Shown in pieces: positions 29,001-38,321 of a stretch of DNA of 64,000 nt. The notes under the pieces were generated by a model. That model had not been told where the DNA came from. It worked only from the letters and a program-made list of their open reading frames with translations, and did no database searches. Position 1 is the stretch's first letter. Each line of letters starts with the position of its first letter. Source of the DNA: Candidatus Woesebacteria bacterium GW2011_GWB1_39_12 (GTDB lineage: Bacteria > Patescibacteriota > Microgenomatia > UBA8517). A program made the position numbers and the translations under genes. The stretch is taken from assembly GCA_000993405.1 (NCBI GenBank), contig LBWB01000004.1, positions 4,861 to 68,860 on the forward strand. Reading direction: 5' to 3'.

Positions 29001-31358
29001 GTTATCTCCCTTTTTATTTTTAACGACCATTTTCAGAAAGTTTACTACCTGAATAACGATTACTATGATAAAGGCAAAGCCAACTGTCAAGACACCAAGG
29101 CGAATAAACTTGCCCCTTACTCCTTGGGAAACATCTTCCTGCTCAAGAAAAACTTGCTTACTTTCTTCAGCCGCAACGACCGTGAAATCAAAAACCGAGG
29201 ACCTGACCGATTTTCCGGATGAAGTTTTTACAGTTGCATAAGCTATATGCTTATCGCCTTCCAGAGGTTGATCAAGTTCATAAACCCAGTCGCCGTTTTC
29301 ATCGGTTTTTGTTGTAACAACAATTGGCTCTGAATAAATATATATATAAACGACTGAATTGGCTGGTCCGATACCGCTAAAGGTAAGCTTTCCACCAACA
29401 TCCTTTCCTTTTATTTCTTTAGCTTCCTCTTTGACTTCAGAAAGATTGATGGTGTTGGGATCTTCTTCTAAGAACGGAACTTCTTCCGGTGGGTGCGGCA
29501 GGAATTTAAGTTGATCGCTATTAAGTTTGGCAAAGCAAGATTCACCTTTAGCTTTCTCGTCATCCGAGGGATTTCCTTTTCCGGAGTTTATTTCATTAAA
29601 CCTTGATTCACCTATATTTTGTGTGAGACAGGTCTTGACTTCGTCCGGTATTTTATACACCCTGCCTTCTTCAAAAGCTTGTGGGTTAATACCAAAACAT
29701 CGGTTTACCTCTTCCCTTGCCTCATAAGGAACATCGGTTTGACCGGATTTAATCCTAGTGTAGTAACTTTTGAGAGTTTGTCGTAGGCAGGTGTCGGTTT
29801 CTTTTGGAAATTCGGCGTCGTTTGTGTAGTAAGTGAGGCTAGTTATCTTTCTTTCACCGTAACACCCTTCATACAAAAGATGTTCCTCATATGTTGGTTG
29901 TCTGACTCCGTAATAAATGTCTTTGTACGCTTTTTCTCCCAAGCTTTTAAGCAAACACCCTTCGTATTCAATGGGTGCTTTGGAGGTTTGACCTGTGGGC
30001 ATCGGACCTCCTTCTTTTGTTGTGGTATAACCCCAACAGGATTTAACTTTGTTTCCCAAATTCATAATTTCATTCTGTTCGTCATTGGTCGTGGGAATAA
30101 AGTAGCGAAGCCTGTCAAATTCGTACTGGTTCAATGCCGATTTAACGCAGCTTATCCTTTCTGATGATTCGTATGCTAGCCTGTCAAAATTCTCTTGCTG
30201 GTAATACGGATAGTAGGAGTTACAGGAACATGAGTAGGAATCCCAATAGGAATTAGTTCCACAACCCGAACTTGGGGCATAGCAGGGAGTGACGTTTGGA
30301 CTGGGTTTACACATACAACTTGCTGAATCCCAGTAATAGTTGTAGCCACAACCAGTGGAAGGTGAATAACAAGTCGTAGTTGTTCCCTGGTATGCTTTGC
30401 AAGAACAGTCGTAGTAATCCCAGTAATAATTATTTCCACAACCATTTGTTGGAGGACTACAAGATGTGGTTGAGGACTTACACGAGCACGAATAGGAATC
30501 CCAATAGTAATTGTAGCCACAGCCATATGACGGAGGATAGCAGGTAGAAGTTCCGCTTGTGTAAGATCTACAAGAACATGCTGAGTAATCCCAGTATTTG
30601 TCTGAGGCACAACCTTCGGTGGGAGGGTAGCAGGTAGTTGTTGTTTGATACGGCTTGCAGGAACAGTAGTACTGATCCCAATAGTAATTCGTGCCGCATC
30701 CGGATGATGGAGGACTGCAAGAAGAAGTTGTTCCTTCAGGACTGCAGGAGCATGAGGAAGAGTTCCAGTAATAGCCTGAGCCGCACCCTTGAGAAGGCGG
30801 ACTACAGCTTCCGAATGACTTGCAAGAACAGGATGCAGTATCCCAGTATTTTTCACTGCCGCAGCCGCTTGATGGTGGGTAGCAGGAAGACGTCGGTGTC
30901 GCATAATATTGGCAAGAACAGGAATTGTAATCCCAATAATAGTTAGCCGGACAGCCCGAGGAAGGAGAATTGCAGGTTGAAGTTGACGACTTACACATAC
31001 ATGCTGCCGAATCCCAGTAGTAATTTGTTCCACAGCCGCTTGATGGTGGGCTGCAAGAGGAAGTGGTTGAAGATTGTTTGCAGGAACAAGTCGATGAATC
31101 CCAGTAGTAGTTGTCCCCACATCCGCCTGATGGATAGGAACATGAGGATTGGCAGGTGCACGTGCTTGAGTTCCAATAATATCCGCTTCCGCAACCGCCG
31201 CTTGGTTCAGTACATCCCTCTGCAATCAATCCCTGGTAACCCAATGTGCTACCTTTTTCCCTACTTTTAAATGAACCGAATATTTGTAAGCCCGTTTGAA
31301 GAATGACTAAAGTCCCCAGAAAAGACGCAAAAAAGGTAAAAAGGAGTTTACCTCTCAT
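28941..31358 (-). CDS. Cys/Tyr-rich repeat surface protein with an Ig-like domain and C-terminal TM
   Basis: N-terminal signal/TM, 12 x C-x6-C-x10-C-x-C repeats, 4 helical CL...C repeats, IYSEP..TDENGDW Ig-like motif; ATG at 31358 preferred. Confidence 0.8.
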   Translation of the reverse strand: MRGKLLFTFFASFLGTLVILQTGLQIFGSFKSREKGSTLGYQGLIAEGCTEPSGGCGSGYYWNSSTCTCQSSCSYPSGGCGDNYYWDSSTCSCKQSSTTSSCSPPSSGCGTNYYWDSAACMCKSSTSTCNSPSSGCPANYYWDYNSCSCQYYATPTSSCYPPSSGCGSEKYWDTASCSCKSFGSCSPPSQGCGSGYYWNSSSCSCSPEGTTSSCSPPSSGCGTNYYWDQYYCSCKPYQTTTTCYPPTEGCASDKYWDYSACSCRSYTSGTSTCYPPSYGCGYNYYWDSYSCSCKSSTTSCSPPTNGCGNNYYWDYYDCSCKAYQGTTTTCYSPSTGCGYNYYWDSASCMCKPSPNVTPCYAPSSGCGTNSYWDSYSCSCNSYYPYYQQENFDRLAYESSERISCVKSALNQYEFDRLRYFIPTTNDEQNEIMNLGNKVKSCWGYTTTKEGGPMPTGQTSKAPIEYEGCLLKSLGEKAYKDIYYGVRQPTYEEHLLYEGCYGERKITSLTYYTNDAEFPKETDTCLRQTLKSYYTRIKSGQTDVPYEAREEVNRCFGINPQAFEEGRVYKIPDEVKTCLTQNIGESRFNEINSGKGNPSDDEKAKGESCFAKLNSDQLKFLPHPPEEVPFLEEDPNTINLSEVKEEAKEIKGKDVGGKLTFSGIGPANSVVYIYIYSEPIVVTTKTDENGDWVYELDQPLEGDKHIAYATVKTSSGKSVRSSVFDFTVVAAEESKQVFLEQEDVSQGVRGKFIRLGVLTVGFAFIIVIVIQVVNFLKMVVKNKKGDNLRRTTDGKGDDDAGSGSIN
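30215..31214 (-). repeat. 12 tandem coding repeats of about 24-30 aa (CxxPxxGCGxNYYWDxxxCxC)
   Basis: Counted from the translation; tcccagta/tcccaata recurs on the + strand. Confidence 0.9.
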
Positions 31359-31441
31359 TATTTTAAGTGTATACACACCTTGACAATACTTGCAAGTCTT
31401 AAATTATCGACATTAATCTCCATTATCATTAATATTAATTA

Positions 31442-32971
31442 ATGCTCGCTAAAATTACTTCCGGGGCTACTATCGGATTAAATGCAACTTTGGTGGATGT
31501 CGAGGTGGATATTCCGGATGAAGGTTTACCTTCTTTTACAATAGTCGGACTTCCGGATAAAGCCGTGGAGGAAGCGAAAGAGAGAGTTCGCTCGGCAATT
31601 AAAAATACCGGAGCCGATTTCCCGACAACCAGAATTACGGTAAATCTTGCACCCGCCGATCTTCCAAAAGTCGGCCCCGCATATGACCTGCCAATTGCAT
31701 TAGGAATTTTGATCGCTTCAAGACAAATCGCGCCTGAAATTTCTGATTCGTTTTTCTTCGGAGAATTATCTTTGGACGGAAGTCTTCGGCATACAAACGG
31801 GATTCTGCCCATGGCCTATTTGGCTAGGGAAAAAAGACTAAAGAGAATATTTATTCCCAAAATTAATCAGAAGGAAGCGGCTGTTGTTCCGGGAATAAAG
31901 GTTTATCCCATAGAGAATCTTATCGAACTTTTGAGATTTTTTAGGGGTGTAGTAGAGATTGTTCCTGCTAAAAAAGTTCGTCTGGAAGGTCTTTTAAAAA
32001 CCTCTGAAGCAGAATTTGATTTTTCCGAAATTATCGGTCAGGAACATGCAAAGCGGGCAATGGAGATAGTAGCTGCCGGAAGCCATAATATTTACATGCG
32101 TGGAACACCGGGATCTGGAAAGACTATGTTGGCAAGGGCACTGCCGGGAATACTGCCGAGGTTAACCGCGGATGAGGCTTTAGAGGTGACTAAAATATAC
32201 TCAATAACCGGAAACTTATTTTCCGGTCAGGCAACAGTAAAAACTCGGCCCTTTAGAAGTCCGCACCATACAACTAGCCGGATTGGCCTGATTGGCGGCG
32301 GGAGTAATCCAACGCCGGGCGAAGTCTCGCTTGCCCACAGGGGAGTTTTATTTTTGGATGAGTTCCCCGAATTTCCCAGGCATGTTTTGGAGTCTATTCG
32401 CCAGCCTATGGAGGACGGGGTCGTGACCATATCTCGGGCAAAAGGTTCGGTTACCTATCCTGCACAATTTCTTTTAGTCAGCGCGAGTAATCCCTGTCCA
32501 TGCGGATATTACGGCGACCCGAAAAGAGCCTGTAAATGTCTTCCGGGAGCAATTATGAGATATCAAAAAAGAGTTTCGGGTCCAATTCTTGACAGGATTG
32601 ACATTCACGTTCATTTGCCGGCAGTAGAAACAGAAAAGCTGGTTGGAAATAAGGACAAAGCAGAAAGTTCTAAAAGTATTCAGGCTAGAGTTCAGAAGGC
32701 TAGGGATATGCAAATTAAACGCTTTAAGGGTTCTAAGTTCAAATCGAATAGTGAAATGAGTTCAAAAGCTGTTAAAGAATTCTGCAAGTTATCTCCTGAC
32801 TGCTATGCAATTTTGAGAAGTGCGGTTGCTTCAATGAATTTGACCGCTCGTTCTTACCACAAAGTAATAAAAGTCGCTAGAACAATAGCTGATTTGGAAG
32901 GAGCAAAGGATATAACCACAAATCATTTAGCTGAGGCTTTACAATACCGTCCTACTGAAGATGACTTGTAA
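31442..32971 (+). CDS. comM: YifB/ComM Mg-chelatase-like AAA+ ATPase
   Basis: VGLPDKAVEEAKERVR, NLAPADLPK, GTPGSGKTMLA, PFRSPHHT, LFLDEFPEF, NPCPCG, HLAEALQYR. Confidence 0.95.
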   Translation: MLAKITSGATIGLNATLVDVEVDIPDEGLPSFTIVGLPDKAVEEAKERVRSAIKNTGADFPTTRITVNLAPADLPKVGPAYDLPIALGILIASRQIAPEISDSFFFGELSLDGSLRHTNGILPMAYLAREKRLKRIFIPKINQKEAAVVPGIKVYPIENLIELLRFFRGVVEIVPAKKVRLEGLLKTSEAEFDFSEIIGQEHAKRAMEIVAAGSHNIYMRGTPGSGKTMLARALPGILPRLTADEALEVTKIYSITGNLFSGQATVKTRPFRSPHHTTSRIGLIGGGSNPTPGEVSLAHRGVLFLDEFPEFPRHVLESIRQPMEDGVVTISRAKGSVTYPAQFLLVSASNPCPCGYYGDPKRACKCLPGAIMRYQKRVSGPILDRIDIHVHLPAVETEKLVGNKDKAESSKSIQARVQKARDMQIKRFKGSKFKSNSEMSSKAVKEFCKLSPDCYAILRSAVASMNLTARSYHKVIKVARTIADLEGAKDITTNHLAEALQYRPTEDDL

Positions 32972-32979
32972 AGCCGAAG

Positions 32980-33040
32980 TCCTGAGTGGTGAGCGAATTA
33001 CAATCCTGAGCGCAGTCGAAGGAGTCGAACCATCGAAGGG
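32980..33040 (+). repeat. Nested REP-like element, copy 1
   Basis: cctgagtggtgagcgaattacaatcctgagcgcagtcgaaggagtcgaaccatcgaaggg; near-identical reverse complement at 42352-42411. Confidence 0.85.
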
Positions 33041-33081
33041 CCGAGACACTCCAATATCGACTTCAAGAAGAAGACTTTTAA
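33040..33081 (+). repeat. Diverged copy of the comM 3' end (AETLQYRLQEEDF*)
   Basis: Same length and register as comM 32930-32971 (AEALQYRPTEDDL*). Confidence 0.8.
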
Positions 33082-33113
33082 TGTGCTGAATTCTTCTTTG
33101 ATTTGTGACACTT

Positions 33114-33710
33114 CTATCTTCTTTCTGCTGTCCAAACTTTGTTCCACCAGGAGCTAGGTTTTTGAATGTAAATTTCCATAGCTAGTTTTTTAGCTGATTT
33201 ACTAAAAAGTCTTTTCTCTTGTTCTCGTCCTTTTAATCAAGCTGAAGCCTCATTATTACCTACCCATTCATATTCTCGGAGAAGAAGAATTTGATCAAGA
33301 AGATCTGCATCTTTTGCTAAATGAGCTTCCAAAGACTCTCTTTCATCGTACTCCCCCATAATTTTAGTCAACTCATCTCCAAATGGCTTATCTGCTAATT
33401 GATCTTTTTGTATATCTTCATCAAAAACTTTAAGGTATTTTTTATGTATCCAATTCTGATCACCACTTCTGGATTCTGAGAAATCATGGAAAAGACTCAT
33501 AAGAACGACTTTATACGGATCAGCTCTCTCTATTTTTGCTAGATACCACCCTATAATCGAAACTCGGAATGAATGCGAAGCAATGTTATCAGAAAGATCA
33601 TCAGTTAAAAGTATCTGCCTATGACTTCGAATCGTTTTTCTTAGGGATCCAGCTTCGAAAAACATAGCAATTACTCTCTCATGAGTTTTTTTATTATCTT
33701 TATAATTCAT
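33114..33710 (-). pseudogene. HD-domain hydrolase (YfbR/5'-deoxynucleotidase-like) with an internal in-frame TGA
   Basis: ASHSFRV, LFHD, DADLLD; after the TGA at 33237-33239 the frame continues LKGREQEK...PSSWWNKVWTAERR* to 33114. Confidence 0.75.
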
Positions 33711-33821
33711 AATTTCAAGGTATTATACAACAGTTCCATCAGGCGCAAAAGTTACCCGCATTTTGGTGTTAAACTCGATTTTTGATATTCAAAATGCTAA
33801 TATCAGCTTCACATTGAACAA

Positions 33822-35408
33822 ATGAGCAATATTCTCTCAACGATATTCTGGTTATTAATTATTGCGATTTGCATACGATCATTGTCTAATTTCTTTAATT
33901 TACTCTCAAATTTGAAGTGGGTTGCAAATAAAAATGTCAGTTATAAGAAAAAAAGCACTCGGGCAACCGATGAAGAGTTTATTATTTGTATTCCAATGCT
34001 ACGGGAGCAGCGTGTAGTTTCTGAAACATTGAAGTACTTTAGTCAGTTGAACTACCCGAAAGATAAATACCATATTGTCGTTGTAACTACAAACAAAGAA
34101 ATCGCAGAAAAGACCCGAATGTCAAGGTTTCTAAGTGAACTAGCAGGAGATGTTTCGCAAGGAAAAGCTCTAAAAACAATTCAAGATAGATACTCAGGTC
34201 TATTTCCATTTGATCAACTGAGAAGGGTATATGAGAAATATCGATTAGAAAGCTATACGGTTGTATTTAAAAAAGTAAAGAGTATATATAAACAACTACC
34301 AACAACATTCAATTTAGCCATTAAGGAGGCGGAAATTATAAATGCTCATTTTAAATCAAAATTAATAACTGTTATGAATTATCCACGCAGCCAAGGTGTG
34401 ATGAGCCATCAAATAAACTATGTTATCAAAAAGCTTGCAAAATATAAGCAGAGTACAAATTCCATTTTTGCGGTGTATAACGCTGACTCTCGTCCCAATC
34501 CGAATACTCTAAGAAATGTCGCTTATGCTTTAAAAGAATTTGAAGAAGAAACCGGCATCAAACCAAATATAGTACAGCAGTCGTCCTTGTTTACATTGAA
34601 TTACAGTAAGTACTCCAAAACTTTTACTGGTTATTCTCTCAAGGCGGCGGCGTTGTTTCAAACAAAGTGGACTTTAGTACGAGAATTGACCCGTTTTCGC
34701 TCACAATCGCGCAGTGTTATTACCTATAAGGATAATTTCATTTCAAAATTATTTAATACTAAAATTTCTCACTGTGTAGGGCATGGATTGTTCGTACGAT
34801 TTGGAATCTTAAAAAACGAATACCTTCCTACTGAAACTATTAACGAGGACTTGCCGTTTGGATTTTACCAATGCTGTAAAGGTGAACCTATTCTACCATT
34901 GCCTATTTTGGAAAATTCTGAAACTCCCGATACATTAAAGGGTCTGATGAATCAAAAACGTTTTTGGTTTACTCCATACTTACAATATCAATATTGTAGA
35001 GATAGGGTATTACAGCTCAAGAAATATCGCTCAAGGTTAGAGGTTGAAATACTTACTATTCAAGCCGAACTTACTGGTTTTATCTGGTTTTTGCAATCGT
35101 TTGTGTTGTTTATGCCCTTAATTATAGGTTTGTATCTACATAGTTTATCTATGATTGCGCTATGGAGTATTGGGCTACTTATTTACTGGTTTGTACCAAT
35201 TGGGTTAATTTACACAAATCTGAACAAATTAGAAGATATCGCTGGAAAATCAGTATCTAAAACCGACTTTAAAGATTATATCCTAACGTCATTTTTTGGA
35301 CTTTATATTTTGTTGACTCACTCCATCGGGCCGATTCTGTGTGTGAGAGATTTTGCTTTAGCAAAATTTATTGATAAGCCGATTACTAAATTAAAAACAG
35401 AAAGATGA
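33822..35408 (+). CDS. Membrane-bound GT2 family glycosyltransferase
   Basis: IPMLRE, YNADSRP, GHGL, EDL and QKRFW (QxxRW-like) motifs; N- and C-terminal TMs. Confidence 0.8.
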   Translation: MSNILSTIFWLLIIAICIRSLSNFFNLLSNLKWVANKNVSYKKKSTRATDEEFIICIPMLREQRVVSETLKYFSQLNYPKDKYHIVVVTTNKEIAEKTRMSRFLSELAGDVSQGKALKTIQDRYSGLFPFDQLRRVYEKYRLESYTVVFKKVKSIYKQLPTTFNLAIKEAEIINAHFKSKLITVMNYPRSQGVMSHQINYVIKKLAKYKQSTNSIFAVYNADSRPNPNTLRNVAYALKEFEEETGIKPNIVQQSSLFTLNYSKYSKTFTGYSLKAAALFQTKWTLVRELTRFRSQSRSVITYKDNFISKLFNTKISHCVGHGLFVRFGILKNEYLPTETINEDLPFGFYQCCKGEPILPLPILENSETPDTLKGLMNQKRFWFTPYLQYQYCRDRVLQLKKYRSRLEVEILTIQAELTGFIWFLQSFVLFMPLIIGLYLHSLSMIALWSIGLLIYWFVPIGLIYTNLNKLEDIAGKSVSKTDFKDYILTSFFGLYILLTHSIGPILCVRDFALAKFIDKPITKLKTER

Positions 35409-36082
35409 CAGAGAGTGAACTTAAAATTGGTGCTGTTGAAGGGAATTCCTTTAGTGGCAAAACTACTTTAGTAAAAGAGCTTGAAGCTGAATATGGGTTA
35501 TCTGTTGTCTGGGAACCAAGCGCTTATCTCAGTAAGTTCCCTAGTTTTCCACCCGAAACATATGCAGAGGCAAAAAAAGCTATCGATATTTTTGTAGATG
35601 TAGAAAAAAGAAGATCCACAGATGCTATCGAACTCGCTCAAAAAAATGGTATTGTTGTTATGGATCGTTCCCTGTGGACATATTCTGCTTTTCAATATGT
35701 TGTGATGAAAAGAATGCCCAATATCCCCAACTCGTATTTATATAGTCTCGATATTCTGCAAAGACACATTGATAATAAAGAAATCGTTGTGCCTGGCGCA
35801 GTTGTAAGCCTTATACCTAAAAACCAAGAAGAATTTGAAAGAAGAGTAAGAGAAAGAGGAAGAGTAGGAATAGGATTCTTAAACGATTGGGGAACAACCG
35901 TCTTGATAGAACAATTGTATGGGATTGTAATCAATTGTGTTTATGCAAAAAACAATGGGAGAAGTGTTATCACTTCAGATAACGTAAAAGAGTTAGCAGC
36001 TGAAACGAGCCAATTTTTACAACAATCAGACTGTTTTGTCGATGCAATTTTAGCCTTTGATCAACTCCGTATCTTAAAATAA
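35405..36082 (+). CDS. P-loop nucleoside/nucleotide kinase (dTMP/deoxynucleoside kinase-like)
   Basis: EGNSFSGKTT Walker A and the MDRS motif. Confidence 0.78.
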   Translation: MTESELKIGAVEGNSFSGKTTLVKELEAEYGLSVVWEPSAYLSKFPSFPPETYAEAKKAIDIFVDVEKRRSTDAIELAQKNGIVVMDRSLWTYSAFQYVVMKRMPNIPNSYLYSLDILQRHIDNKEIVVPGAVVSLIPKNQEEFERRVRERGRVGIGFLNDWGTTVLIEQLYGIVINCVYAKNNGRSVITSDNVKELAAETSQFLQQSDCFVDAILAFDQLRILK

Positions 36083-36090
36083 ATACAAGT

Positions 36091-37305
36091 ATGCATATTG
36101 GCTTTTTAACCTCAGAATATCCTTTGAATAACACCAAAACTGGAGGTTTGGGTACATATATCAGAAAAACTGCGCTAGAGCTCAATAAAAGAGGTCAAAA
36201 AGTATCAATATTTTGGGAATCAATACGTAATGCTAAATCGAACGATAGAGGAATCGTTGTTTATGAAATAAAATGTCCCCCACTTTATTATGCTCTCAAT
36301 TCACAGTCTTTGATAAAACAACTTATAAGAGTTAGTTACGTTTTGTATTCTGCTTTCAAAATAAGAAATAAAGTGTTTCAGGTTCACAAAGAAACGCCGT
36401 TAGAGATAATCCAAGCACCTAACCATCTTGCCCCAGGCTATTTTATCAAACAGAATAATAAAATTCCGGTGGTTGCTCGTGTATCAAGTTATGCACCTTT
36501 ATATCATGCTGCTTTTGGTGTCCCTCGCACGTTTGGCGATTATCTGATTGACTATTTAGAACTCAGACAGGTTACGGGTGCTAAAGCAGGCTTTTCTCCT
36601 AGCCATTTTATGCAAAAGGTATATTCACGATACGAAAATTGCAATTTAGATTTTGTGCCTACTGCAGTCGAGGTTAGAAAACCTGAAAAAACAGACAATT
36701 CTGTATTAAAAAAGATACTGAGGCAATTTCCCTCAAAACAATACCTTCTTTACTTTGGAAGCATGAGTCGCATAAAAGGCGTTGATCTTATGGCAGATGT
36801 GATAAATAAGCTCGCACCAAAGTATCCAAGATTGTGTTTTGTTTTTATAGGTGTAGATTATGGTCTACCAAGTGGAGAACCAATTTCTAGCTTCATTTTT
36901 AAAAACTGTGATAAATATAAAGAAAGGATTATATTTCTACCATTCAAACAGCACTGGACTCTTTATCCCGTGATTAAACGTTCGTTAGTAGTGGTAGCTC
37001 CATCGAGAGTTGATAATTATCCTAATGCTTGTATTGAAGCACAATCTTTGGGTATACCAGTGATAGGAACCACAGATTCTAGTATCGATGAGATTATAGT
37101 AGATGGTAAAACGGGATTTATAGCTGAAAATTCATCAGCTATAAGTCTTGTCTCAAAAATAGAAAAATTAATTAATATGAATAAAAAAGAAAGAGTTGAA
37201 ATGAGAAAAAATATAGAGAAAAATATGATTGCCATATTTGCAGAGGATAGAATAAAATTATTAATAAAATATTATGAAAAGGTTATTCAGAAAAACAAAG
37301 AGTGA
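36091..37305 (+). CDS. GT4 family glycosyltransferase
   Basis: TSEYP, GGLGTY, YFGSMSRIKG, DNYPNACIEAQSLGIPVI. Confidence 0.88.
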   Translation: MHIGFLTSEYPLNNTKTGGLGTYIRKTALELNKRGQKVSIFWESIRNAKSNDRGIVVYEIKCPPLYYALNSQSLIKQLIRVSYVLYSAFKIRNKVFQVHKETPLEIIQAPNHLAPGYFIKQNNKIPVVARVSSYAPLYHAAFGVPRTFGDYLIDYLELRQVTGAKAGFSPSHFMQKVYSRYENCNLDFVPTAVEVRKPEKTDNSVLKKILRQFPSKQYLLYFGSMSRIKGVDLMADVINKLAPKYPRLCFVFIGVDYGLPSGEPISSFIFKNCDKYKERIIFLPFKQHWTLYPVIKRSLVVVAPSRVDNYPNACIEAQSLGIPVIGTTDSSIDEIIVDGKTGFIAENSSAISLVSKIEKLINMNKKERVEMRKNIEKNMIAIFAEDRIKLLIKYYEKVIQKNKE

Positions 37306-37951
37306 AACTAAAAAGCTACAGGCAGTATTAATAGATTGGAATGGTACTCTTTCCCCGACCAACTACTGGTCACAGTTAGAAAAGTCTGAAAAACAAAGTG
37401 AGCGCGATCTATTTAAAATTTGGTCGTATTCAATGTTTGTCAAACATAAAGATAAAATTATTCCTTGGATGAAGGGAGAGTATGTAAGCGAGGACCTTCT
37501 TTCTTTGGTTTCAAAAGAAACAAATACAGACTTCGAATTTCTTTTAAAAGAGTTTGTTATAGGCTGTGAGCGCATGGAATATTCTTCTCCAAACATACCT
37601 AAGCTGGTTCAAGACTTGAGAGATAAATCGATTATTGTTGGTATCGCTACAAATAATATGGACTCTTTTACAAGGTGGACCATCCCTTATATGAAACTTG
37701 ATACGCTTTTTAATGAGATACTAAATTCATTTTATCTCAAAGCAATGAAACATGATTTAGACAAAAACGGTCAATCTTTATTCTTTGGAAATTTTTTCAA
37801 TAAATATGATATAGAACCTACAAAATGTATTTTTATCGATGACGGCGAAGACAAGATGGGGGTAATTAACAAACTCGGTATGAATTATAGAAGAGTCAAT
37901 GCTTTCAATACCCTCGAACAAGAACTGCGAAATATTTTAAAGACTCTCTAA
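37274..37951 (+). CDS. HAD-superfamily hydrolase
   Basis: IDWNGT motif I, IATNN, FIDD. Confidence 0.78.
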   Translation: MKRLFRKTKSETKKLQAVLIDWNGTLSPTNYWSQLEKSEKQSERDLFKIWSYSMFVKHKDKIIPWMKGEYVSEDLLSLVSKETNTDFEFLLKEFVIGCERMEYSSPNIPKLVQDLRDKSIIVGIATNNMDSFTRWTIPYMKLDTLFNEILNSFYLKAMKHDLDKNGQSLFFGNFFNKYDIEPTKCIFIDDGEDKMGVINKLGMNYRRVNAFNTLEQELRNILKTL

Positions 37952-38178
37952 GTCTTATGTAGTTGAGACCCCTTCCATGATTTGCTTGTGGGCAAAGGTA
38001 AAAACTCCTTCGGTTTTACTTTAAGAGTCCGAGTAATTTTGTTAATAGTTTAAGTTGGAGAATTAAATACGATTATAGTTTGGTTTGAAAAGGAAACTGA
38101 TTAGCACATGTCATTGCGTTTGTTGGAAACCGATAGAAAACCACATTTTTCAGTCTTAAGTCGAAGTGTGACATCTGT

Positions 38179-38281
38179 AAATTGGTTGGAAACAAAGAAA
38201 AAGAAGAAAATTCAAAAGAAATTTTAACAGATCATAGCAGAGACACTTCAGTATAGACCTTCGAGTGAAGAGGAATTTTAG
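38179..38281 (+). pseudogene. Internally deleted comM 3' remnant
   Basis: KLVGNKEKEENSKEI (cf. comM KLVGNKDKAESSKSI, 32636-32680) joined to LTDH and, after a frameshift, AETLQYRPSSEEEF*. Confidence 0.8.
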
Positions 38282-38321
38282 TTACTTCGCATAAAATCTA
38301 TTTTTAGCGATATAATCAAAC

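Noticed and set aside
30215-31214. Diversity-generating retroelement target suggested by Tyr-rich variable positions
   Set aside because: No reverse transcriptase and no TR/VR pair differing only at adenines is visible in the window.
30176-31270. Long alternative-frame ORFs (349 aa and others) over the Cys-rich gene
   Set aside because: Shadow frames kept open by the repetitive codon pattern; no independent start signals or recognisable domains.
33237-33239. TGA recoding (genetic code 25 or 4) suggested by the in-frame TGA in the HD gene
   Set aside because: Many intact genes here end in TGA (e.g. pilB, recJ, dtd) and long ORFs read cleanly in code 11.
37960-38100. Possible XRE-type HTH gene remnant on the minus strand (SPT*TINKITRTLKVKPKEFL)
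   Set aside because: Too short and degraded to support by eye.
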